A stretch of DNA of 64,000 nucleotides, from the NCBI GenBank assembly GCA_964187785.1, contig OZ076409.1:58468001-58532000 (forward strand). The letters are read 5' to 3'. Within the stretch, counting starts at the first letter, position 1, and every line of letters begins with the position of its first letter. This document shows positions 45,986 to 56,146 of this stretch, one piece after another. The translations under genes were made by a program, and so were the position numbers. This DNA comes from Amphiscolops sp. MND2022. Lineage: Eukaryota. The notes under the pieces were generated by a model, which had not been told where the DNA came from, searched no databases, and saw nothing but the letters and a program-made list of their open reading frames with translations.

Positions 45986-47106
45986 TGTGTAGAAGGGAGA
46001 GGACTAACGTCCTCCGTGTCTCGTAGATCACATGCAAGACCTAGAGTCTTCTTTGTAATTCTAGTTTTCAACCCAGACGTTCTTTCTCTATTTTCCTGGC
46101 TATTAGGCTGCTTCCCGATGAAGACATCGAGTTCACACTATTACGTATTTCTGGAATGACCCTATCTGATATAGCTGAACTAATGGCTCTATTGATCTGA
46201 GCATGTAACATCGACGTCATGGAATACACTTCCTGAGATAATCTCATGTTAACTTCGTTTGTAAAAATTTCTAATGAATCCAAAAAACCTTCATGTCTAG
46301 GAATATTATTTCCATAATTATGATTCCTAAGCTAGTTTTCTTGGAGAAAGTCTTCCCTTGCTGGTAGGTTAGACTCAGTGTCATATTGAACTGAAGATTC
46401 TCCAAAAGCACTAGCTAATTATCTTTCAATTGGGTTAATGTTATCACTCCCTAACATTACGTCTAAGTTATCAAAATCAGACATCATGCCCATTTCTCTA
46501 GATCTCTTTGCTTTTGCTTTCTGTCTCCTCGTTGAAGGCCTAAGAAATGGTTACAAGGGATGAATCAAATTGAGACTTTATCTTGCAAATCAAAAATAGT
46601 AACGGTTGTTCAACTGAACGGTATCTAGGGCGTATTGGATATACATGCGTCCCTCAAGGACAAGCAACAATGTAAACTGGTATTATTTCATAATGTTTTA
46701 CATGTAAGCCTATTATACATGGAGAACATTATGTGACTATTGGGCATTCGTACATTTCAAGACAAATCAAAAATTAAGTAATTCTTCGAATAATTAAAGG
46801 TCACTGCTTAATTATATTTCGGTGTTTTTTGAAGAGCGCCTTTATTTCAAATTGGGACTCAGTGTCCCGCTGTCCTGAGTAGCACGCTAGCTAAGTAGAA
46901 AGGCCGTACTCGGCCTTTAAATCAATCAAGCATAGCCTTAACAAATGAAAGCTGCTGATTGGCTAAAATGCACATTGGATGCGTTGTCCGCGGCGACAGG
47001 CAAGGAAACTGTTGAACACAAATCCTTTGCCTGTAAGTCTTGGTGTCCACTTATCTTTACATCTATCAATTACTCGCGTATAAAATAACAATATATTCAA
47101 TTTACA
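45986..47106 (-). mobile_element. Decayed solo LTR of the C/D family (boundaries approximate)
   Basis: Minus strand from 46541 translates (AGG for ATG) PSTRRQKAKAKRSREMGMMSDFDNLDVMLG and later QINRAISSAISDRVIPEI, homologous to the C/D LTR ORF. CCAAT (46958-46962) and TTGAACAC blocks also match D. No internal domains adjacent. Confidence 0.75.
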
Positions 47107-47334
47107 TGCTTTTTAAAAAAATTAAATTGAAAACACAAAAATTACAGATTTAGAGTTTGTTGCTACTTTTGGATGGCAAGACCATTTTTTTGTCAAGCGG
47201 GATCGTTCCAAGGAGAGTGTTGTTGTGGTTGTAAGAGATATATTACCTGTTTCCATCGCATGCGACAGCCTGCGACAAGAAGTGAAACGAAAGGTGCTAA
47301 ACTTTTCTATTTTGAATGTTGTTGCATTTCCATC

Positions 47335-47881
47335 TTTTTAGTCGGCGCATTTCAATAGAGAATGTGCCCGACTCTTACAGTGGGTAGTTTTTTTCACGAA
47401 AGGTCCACTTTTTTGTTCATTTGTTCAACAACCTCAAACCTCAACAACTTCAAATCTCAACAACTCCAACCTCAGAAGCGCGTCCAAAACGAAAAGAAAA
47501 AACAAAACAGACGTCCACAACCTCGAAAACACACTAAAGATCCCCCATAACCCCACTTTTTTTCGGCAATACGCGATTTTTTTGAAGTTTTTTGGATTGC
47601 ACCAGAGGGTTCCCCCCTTCATTTGTTTCGATATTTTGAAACACAATGGATGTCAAAAAATTGCAAAGGGTCCCCCCTTTTACATTTTTCGGCACTGTGA
47701 CACTGTTCAAAAATCTCATTTAAAAAATTTTTTGGGAAGTTTTTTCATGTCTCCAAAGGGCCCCCCCTTCAATTTTTAAAATTTTTTGCAACCAGCTGGA
47801 GTTTCACAAAGCCCGAAGGGTCCCCCTTCTAAATTTTGAGCCTTAGATATCGCGCCGACTTGGGCCGTTCTCGGCTTGTTT
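47335..47881 (+). mobile_element. Helentron/DINE-1-like repeat, copy 3
   Basis: 5' TTTTTAGTCGGCGC..CCCGACT stem; 3' GCGCCGACT followed by hairpin GCCG-TTCT-CGGC and TTGTTT; internal AAGGG.CCCCC subrepeats. Confidence 0.7.
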
Positions 47882-47992
47882 GATGTTTCCCTGGTTATGA
47901 AAACTCACAAAGATGACATTTGAAAAGCTTTGCAACGTAGCATTTTTAAAAAGAGGTATGGGTAGTTTTTGGAAAATCTGCTCTAGGAAAGT

Positions 47993-48336
47993 AAAACAAT
48001 CCGGGAAAGGCCCACGTCGGTGCCATATCTGAGGCTCAAAAATAGCAAAAGGGCTTCAAAGTGCCAAAGTATTCTCTTCTACAGCACCCGAAAAAAAAAT
48101 TTGAATAAGTTTCACGATGCCGAAAAAATGAAAAGGGGGACCTTTTAGTCTCGTCCCGTTTTGTATCTTACGCGGGAAACCTTTTTGATTCAGTTCCCTG
48201 GGCCAACAGGGGCCATTTAAAATTTTGTAGAACTTTTGGTTGAATTATTTTGGTCTGTTCAGGTGTATCGAAAAAAAACACTGACGAAAAGCCATGACAA
48301 TAGTCGGCTCTTTTCAGGAAAAGCGCCGACTAAAAA
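47993..48336 (-). mobile_element. Helentron/DINE-1-like repeat, copy 4
   Basis: CGTCGGTGCCATATCTGAGGCTCAAAAATAGC ... TAGTCGGCTCTTTTCAGGAAAAGCGCCGACTAAAAA; inverted relative to copy 3. Confidence 0.65.
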
Positions 48337-49116
48337 TTTTTTGGAGTATTTCTGCATCTTTGAGCCATTTTTGACTTGTCCAGAAAACTCAATTCACATT
48401 CAGTGTTCTTGTTTCATTTTTTCAACAGGTACAGTTTATTCAAACACCTTTCAGACTTTCTAAAAAACTAGTAAATCGTTGAGTGAAACCACATTTTAGG
48501 TCGCCTTGTGACGATCTAACCAGAACAGGTTATTTTTGTGAATGTATTTTTTTCAATCGAGCTTCTCTATAGAGACTGAGCTCTTTAAATGTTTAAAGAT
48601 TGGCAGATTTTGAAAACTTTAGGCCAAAATATTTATAAATTTTCAATAGTTCGGCATGTGGAGCTTTTCAAAATGCATCTTCGGATTTAATCTAATCAGC
48701 TATCAAACACTTTTTTCGTATGCACGTACATTTTTCGTAAAACTGGGAGCGGGTGTCATGTTTAAATTCACGCACGTTTTATTCAAGAGTTTTTGAGATC
48801 GAGCTCTAGATCCAAAAGGTTCAGGATTCTTCAATCAACTTTTTTGTTGAAAACCTAGTATTTTGAGATTGACGTTTGGGTTATGCGATTTGAGTACAAT
48901 TTTGTGATGATTATATAGTGATGATTATTTGTGAGAACATATAATTATAGTGAAAAGTATCCATGTGTCGTAATGTTATCCATCAGATTCCGTCTGAATG
49001 TTCATAAAAAAGTCAATAATCCAAAATTTAAACTAAATTAAAAGGTACAAACATTGTCAACATTCAAAGCACCAGTTTTTCGGTGAAAGTTCGAAATTAG
49101 ATAAAAAAGTTTCTAT

Positions 49117-50636
49117 TTATATTTGTGACGTATTTATTAGCTTGTGTGCTGTAGGGTAATTGTTGTTTGTGTTTAGAGTGTTGGCAGTCCCGTAGGGGGT
49201 TGTTTGCATGGGCTGTAGAGGAGGGGGTGGAGCCTGCACAGTGCGGGCATGCACTGAGGTGACACCCATGCGAGGGCGAATCAGCATGGAGGGGGCTCCT
49301 GGGTTGGCCATCAACATCTGTTGGGGAGGGAGCGCCCGTTTAGGGGATGGCATGGAGTTGATGTGGCAGGGGATTCCGGGACAGGGGTCCACGCTTGTAT
49401 TGGATGAGGTGGATGGAGACTCTGGTAGGAAGGGGTTCGTACCCCCCGATGGAGGCGATGCTTTGTGTTCGGGGGTGTCTAAACAGAAACCACCAGTCAA
49501 ATTAAAAATGTGCTGCAAATTTTGAGAAAATTAATTGAAAATAAAAGGAGTCTTCTTGGTTTATAAATGTTATATACACTATAAACATTTTAAAATACCG
49601 TAGTAAACATAGTAAAAGCTATTATTTCCGAGGTTCTGAAATACGGTAGAATAAACTCAATGTTTAACTAAAGACAACTGCTGGGTATATCTTAATGATC
49701 AATTTACAGATTCCAAATGAAGTTGGAAAAATCAGAAAAAGTGGAATGAAAGTTTTCCTGAAGGAAATTTTGTTCATGAAGTGGCATTGTAGTACTCACG
49801 TCTAACAGATTCGCGTGAACTGTCACGTGATCTGGTTGAGGGTATTTCGACACTTTTCTGCAGAAGGTCTACCCCTCCCATTGAGTAATCGACACACACC
49901 TGCAACTTGTCGGGTGTCAACAGGGGCACCGATTGCTTGCACCCATTTTTCTTCTCACTGCTCCTCAACCTTGAACTTCTGACCGACCCCCCTTTGACAT
50001 TACCACTTGTACCATACGAGTTCTGGGAACCAGAGGTCTGTGAAAGCAGGTCGTACTCGTTTCGGGTCGCGACCCCATTCACTCCGTAGGGGCTATATAC
50101 ATGGTAGGCAGGTAGCGAAGCTTCTTCGTACACGTTGCTCTCCCTATCGTGGTTCTCTACTAGGTGAGGTAGGGTGCCCATCGGCAGGGTGAGACAACTG
50201 CTGCCCGGTTTCATTCGAGGGGGTAGAATGTTTTGAGCTACGTTGTTAGTGTAGTCTGTGTTGAAACATAAGTTCGGTGGATAGTAGATAGAGTAAGGTC
50301 GTCCTAAACAAAAACATACTAATGTTGTCTTCAGTTGTTTGAATATATTCTGATTTCTTTGGAAAATATAGCATCAATGAGCTCCATATTTTGTCTGAAT
50401 ATGCTCATAGGGTTCTCATAGATCTCAAAACAACTTGTTTGAATTTGTAAAATACAAACCTGCATGGTAAGCTACAGGGACCCCTCGGTTGTTGAAGTCA
50501 GTGATGATCTGAAGTTCCCCCTCCCTGGGCAAAAATTCTGGATGCTGCTGTTGGCACTGGAAGCGAGCCAGGGAAGAGCCACTCTGTGAGTTCCTCAAGT
50601 TCAAAGTCGCATGGTGTTTTTCAAGGTCGCTGATAT
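49117..50636 (-). CDS. Probable last three coding exons of a host gene (disordered Tyr/Pro/Ser-rich tail ending ...TSQI)
   Basis: GC-richer islands with phase-compatible junctions: ~50636-50460 (GCAG|gtttgt), 50303-49900 (tttag|GA...CAG|gtgtgt), 49512-49117 (ttgcag|CAC). Upstream exons not identified. Confidence 0.6.
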
Positions 50637-52613
50637 CTGGAACAACAATCGTTTTCATATTTATTTTAGTCATTCTGGGGATCAAAGTTGAGGTCATAGA
50701 GTTTTCTATGACAAGCTGGAAAATGACCACGGTTTTTTGTTAGTTTTTGTATCAACATCTATCAGCATGAGACAGCATGCATATGCAACACTTCAAACAT
50801 GCCGCCAACCGATTTTTCGCTGTATCGGTTGAAATTTCAATTCGTAGACTTTTTGTAACATTAGTGAACGCATCAATTCTTTAGATTCTATCAATTAAAT
50901 TTTATTAGCTTATTAAAATTTTTTGTCTACCAAAATTCTTTTCATAATGTTTCCCATTTTAGTAGATATAAACTATTGCTTTAAAATCAATCGTTTATGA
51001 CTCATCGCCTTTTAACTTTCCTACAAATTCAAGTAATAAAACCATCGCTAATAAATTCAAAGCGACAACTTGGCACATTTTGGTTGAGCAAAATGTGGTA
51101 ATTATTGATATAACTAGTGAAGTTGAAATAAATTCACAATTAAGACATGATTAAAACAATTTCCTCGAGGAAATGATTTCAGTATTTTAGTATGCAAGAA
51201 GCTAATTTGTTTGAAAAATCCAGCTAATTAGAGAGAGCATTGTTACACTTTTTAGAAACTTATAAACGTTCAGCACAATACGGAGAGGAAACTACGTCGA
51301 CATTGCTTTTACTTGCGGATTAAATATATTGCTAATGGCGGCTTCATTTTTTTGCAAAAGTGGAAAGATAAAAAGAATTGTGCCACAAAAAATGCCACTT
51401 TCTTCTAGGTTATAATGTCATAATCCTGAAAAGTACGTATGAAGAACTGTGAAGACGTTTAATTCAAACACTAAACTGGCATTTTTTCATTTTCTTTCCC
51501 CTTTAGCTTTACATAATCGCAAATACATAGACTCGTTTGATTCTTTTCAGAGTAAAAATTCACTCTTTTTGCTACAAAAACTGAAAACTTTTGTATGTAA
51601 TCCTTCACGAAAGTATATAACTGTTAGAATTTTAAAAAGAGATTTGAATAATTTACAGTTCAAACGAAAGTATTTTTGAAGCTCTTGAGTATTTACACAT
51701 GTACAAAATTGACGAAATCTCTCCCACGACTAAATCTGTCGCTTCTCAAGGACCCTTTCAGAAAAACACGCGGGACCGTCCGGCTATTGAAGTGCAAGGA
51801 TGAAACTTCTCAGTGCCACCGCCGCAGCGGGTACTAAATTGAATTGGATGGCACCGTAAGTATTGATAGACATCTAGATTATACTTTGTACTTGTGAAAA
51901 ATTAGATTCGTGTTTTTACTATTTTGTTGCGTTAATTTTCACAAAACATAATAAATGCGTACGAATGTGTAAAACCTTATAAAAGTGAAATTGTAGCAAA
52001 AAAGCTGAAAACAGATGTCGAAACCGCCTTATCATTTTAAACAGTCAAGTAGGCACTTTTTTAGGATATACGAAATATTGCAGCACTCAAGAGAAGCGAA
52101 AGAGAAGTTTCGAGATTATAAATATTAACCGATGTTTTTTGATTACGCTCTTATGCTGAGATTTGACAGCAAGATCAATCGACGAGACTCGCTCAGAGGG
52201 TCAAATCAGTTCACGATCAAGTGAGTGATATAAATGAACTGCTTAGGGACGTGGGATAATTAGTTTAAAAGTAATAACCAGGTTTCCGATACCTCTAGCT
52301 CGTAATAATTTTACTCATTTCATCTGCGAAAACAAATGAAATGCTCAAACACGCGAAATTTCAGAATTTATTTAGCATTTCAATTGTATCTCAACCAGAG
52401 TTTTGACACCGCTAATCAGCGAATTAGCGAATTAGAGGCCGCGCAGAATTTTTTCAATTTTATTAGCGATTCAAATTAGCGGCAACTAATAGGTCCAAAT
52501 TCAAAATTACCTCGGAAAATGAATTTCGAAAAATTCCAACTCTTGCACTTGAACAACTCACACAGTATGAGAAATTTTCTTGGAAAAATTTAAATTGGAT
52601 TTTGAAACATACT

Positions 52614-53199
52614 TGTCGTAAGCATTTAAATTAATACCACCATCATTCTGATGGTCATGATTATGCTTGCTAGCTGAACTGTCTTTGGGGTTAATATTTT
52701 GCAGTCCTTCGGAATTTATTTCCGGTCTCTCGGACGGAATGTCCCATCTGTTTTGTGTCATGTGTCCTGACCCGGCACTAAGGGCGGATTGGATTTGTGG
52801 GAGTACTTGGTTGCTTATTGCATCACTAATTGCCCTTTGGATCTGAGAATTGACACTACACATCATATCATCTAACTCTCTTGATAATCTAGAGTTCAAT
52901 TCACTTGACAACTTGTTAATCTCAGCACTAGAGTTGCCACCAATTGAGTTTCGACCATAATCGGCATTATTACCAGGATCAATGTCCCTTGTGACTGAGT
53001 GCCTGTTTTCACCATTATTTCCTAGTTCATCTGCAGAGGTACTACCAGGCCTTCTACCGAAATTGCTACTAACACTTCCGTCTCTTTCATTTCTATTAAA
53101 GTGGTTTTCCCCCAGCATTATGTCAAGGTTCTCCAAGTCAGAAAGCATCTCAATTCCTCTAGACTTTCTAGCTTTCTTTTGTTTCCTTGTAGTAGGCAT
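52614..53199 (-). CDS. LTR-encoded ORF start (MPTTRKQKKARKSRG...), probable Gag N-terminus, open across the LTR end
   Basis: Homologous to 7402-8047: MLSDLENLDIMLG/VMSDIENLDVMLG, SSELNSRLSRELDDM/SSEISSQMSRKLEEM, AISNQVLPQI/AIDEKILPSI. Reads into flanking DNA to a stop at 52558. Confidence 0.7.
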
Positions 53200-54190
53200 C
53201 AAGATTTCAAGGTTGAATATTTTATTTGGTAATCTAGTTTTGCAATCTATAAATGCGAAACAAATCAACTGATCTGAACAATCGGTATGGAATTAATAAT
53301 CACCTCAAGGAAACATTGCTATATATACCCTTACAAGTGTGATCAAATTCCATTTGTAAACGACAAATTCCTTAATGGTCATGAGGACCGACATACAGCT
53401 AGTTAGCACCTCAAAGACTTTCAGGAATTCGTCCTAGTAAGGTCAAATGTTATTCCAAACATCACGTGGTTATAGGTGTGACAGGCGGCGTGCCCAACTT
53501 ACATTGACCGTGAGTTAACATCAAACAAATAACTAACGTACTTAACATCAATACAAATAACAAAAATGTTAACAATGCACTGTTCATTGCATTCCTTATT
53601 ACAAGGTGTTGAGACAGCACGTGCTACCACGTGGCTTGCCATGTGCCGTCTAATTCCCGTATCAAATTGAATAAATCATGATCAACAAACGCAGCAGTGA
53701 CATTGGTGCAAGTTATTTTCACGAGGCCGAAACTGGCCATGTCCGGGGTTTCAGTCTTGCACTGGGAAAAGGTGGGGGGGGGGCTTCATTCCAACTGCAA
53801 TTATTATTATGCTCATTTCTCACATTTAAGCAGAGGGGGAGTATAATTATAGCATCAACAAGTGGACTAAAGTGAATTTGAAATAATAGGTCCGGTTATT
53901 ACTATCAAAGCAACGTCAATTAACTATTTGTACAAAATGGCCGGAACCGGCCGTTTGACCAAGTAATACAGCACAGCAAGCGTTATTTAGGAAATAGGCC
54001 TAATTAGGCCATGATAGCAACAAAGCTAATATAGCACAACAAATACAGCGCTCTGATTGGATAAGACAATGCGCTCAAGTGACGCTTTTGGATCAGCGCT
54101 TAGCATCACTTGAACACGTTTCCTATACTGCCTTACAGTTGCTTTATATTACATTGCTCTGCTGTAATTGCATTCAACACATTTGCAACA
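52614..54190 (-). repeat. 3' LTR of element D (right boundary approximate)
   Basis: End TTACGACA at 52614; TATA-like GTATATATA ~53320-53328; CCAAT 54056-54060; candidate TGTTGC start at 54190, at a similar distance from CCAAT as in C. No convincing PPT seen. Confidence 0.6.
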
Positions 54191-54300
54191 TAAAACATCC
54201 CAATTTGGACAATTCCAAATTGTATTTAACAGACTAATATTCAGTTTGGATAAATAAACTAAAATAGTTAAAGCGAGTCTTGGCAATTGCAGTTTTGAGT

Positions 54301-55083
54301 TTAATAAATGGGTAATGTACCTGGGGTAATTTCTTGTCCGTATCCCGAGGTCGTATAGTTGTTGCCATCACAGGCGGCAGCCTGCGACACTGCGGGTGCA
54401 ATGAAAAGTAAGCTGCCGGCGTTAAGACCGTTCACGTACGCTTCCCGCCTCAATTTGGTGATGTACTCAGGCTCTCCTCTGGGGGTCGATCTGTCCATAT
54501 ACCACTTGATTTTTTCCTCTTTGATTTCATCTACTGCTCTCCCGCAGACCATGCAACTAGTACACCGTTGTCTGCTTATATCGTCGTAGGGCCTCGAGTT
54601 CTGAATATGATATGAGGCACGGAAGCCCCCACTAGTTGATTGGACCAAAGGGGTGTCTTTGCTTGGGCCCTTTTCGTGATCCGGGGGAGATAGGGGCGAC
54701 TCCAAAACTGGCAAAATCGTACTACAAATCTTGATTTTTGATTTCCCGGCCTTCTTCGGGGGGGCGTAGCACCTATCTATGTCGAAATACCTGTGATCCA
54801 GTTTAGGTGTCATCTCAGTATCCGTCTTTGACGTGCTTGGTCCAGCCACCATATCATTTTCCGTTGTGTCCACCGTCATAATTCGTCCTGCGATCAGCAT
54901 TGGGCTCGACGTAACCTCTTTCTCTATGCGGGCGATTAATTGTTCCGTGTCGGTAGAACAGTCCGATTCCCAGTATGAGGACTCTTCTTCATCGCTAGAG
55001 ATGTAGATTACTGAATCAGTAGATTCATCTGAGTCGCAACCTTCAAGATCAAATAATTTCCTTGAGAGGTTAAATTTGCTCAT
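54301..55083 (-). CDS. Element D accessory protein, ~260 aa, acidic N-terminus plus CxxC, function unknown
   Basis: Homologue of 5816-6643; ATG at 55083 (MSKFNL) chosen by alignment with MSLQFN. Confidence 0.85.
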   Translation of the reverse strand: MSKFNLSRKLFDLEGCDSDESTDSVIYISSDEEESSYWESDCSTDTEQLIARIEKEVTSSPMLIAGRIMTVDTTENDMVAGPSTSKTDTEMTPKLDHRYFDIDRCYAPPKKAGKSKIKICSTILPVLESPLSPPDHEKGPSKDTPLVQSTSGGFRASYHIQNSRPYDDISRQRCTSCMVCGRAVDEIKEEKIKWYMDRSTPRGEPEYITKLRREAYVNGLNAGSLLFIAPAVSQAAACDGNNYTTSGYGQEITPGTLPIY

Positions 55084-56031
55084 TATGTATTTCTTTGCAA
55101 TTTTGAGTCTAGGCAAGTCAACTGTTTGTCGATGAAATATGAGATTGAATGAATTTATCAAACTTAGGGTATTAGCCGAGTTCGGTCTTTTCCCGGCAAT
55201 TCGTTGTGGCGGTAGAATTCCTCAGTCGAATCTCCCAATCCGACATAAACATTCTTGAATGGAATTCCATAATTAGTTGGCTGCCTTTGATAATCCAATG
55301 TTTACCCCCCATCTACTACACCGCTTGGAGAGCTGTGAATAACACTCGAGTCATCAAAACCAACTTCACTATTTTCAAGTGGGTAATTAACAGGTCGCTT
55401 GAAGGTAATTAACTGCGCTCGTCGTAGCTCTTTCTCAACATGGCGTTAGCCAATCAGAATTACCCATTGATAAAATGAAAAATTAATAAATAAAATGGCG
55501 AAAAATAATAATTTTGACTATTCTAAAATGGCGATTTCTAACTAAGGGTAATAATGGCAACGGAACAGAACGGTAAAGGTAAGTAGGGTAAAAGGCCGTA
55601 ATCGGCCACTCAACTAACGAAGTTATAAATAACGAGGAATTTTCTGTACATTTCGCTGGCAGACTCCGTGTACAGTTTTAAATATGTAGATAATCGAATA
55701 ATATTAGTCTGGTAAATCTTCAGCCACGAACTCCAACTCTCCGATCCTATCTGATTGTTACATTTTCAATTCCATCTAACTTCCATTTGTCTCCATTCAA
55801 ATTCAACACATTTGCATATTCGTTACACTTTGCTATTACGACGTCCTTTCCTCTCATCACGAGTGGCATCTCCTTCTCAGAGAATCTCGGGTTCCTTCCT
55901 TCCCCAGCCGAGATTGGCTCAATCACACAGTCCCTTCGTTGTTCCTCATTCTTCTACCTTGGACTAACGATACTGGAGAAGCATGTCTTCGAGTACAGGT
56001 TGGTCTGGTTTTCACATGTTGAACTAGCTTA

Positions 56032-56045
56032 GCTTGATCAGGGCT
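56032..56045 (+). promoter_or_regulatory. Conserved 14-bp motif GCTTGATCAGGGCT upstream of the antisense gene
   Basis: Identical to 4396-4409 (-), with the same spacing to the ATG. Confidence 0.55.
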
Positions 56046-56146
56046 AAATTTCGTTCGTACAGCGCTTCCTGTTTCCACTAATAGGCACGTGATAACACGT
56101 TTTGTTCAAGTCTAAGATACTTCCGGAAGATTTCTAACGCGGCAAT

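Noticed and set aside
51780..52230. Plus-strand GTAAGT/GTGAGT donor-like sites with short open stretches
   Set aside because: Could not assemble a coherent exon chain or recognisable protein.
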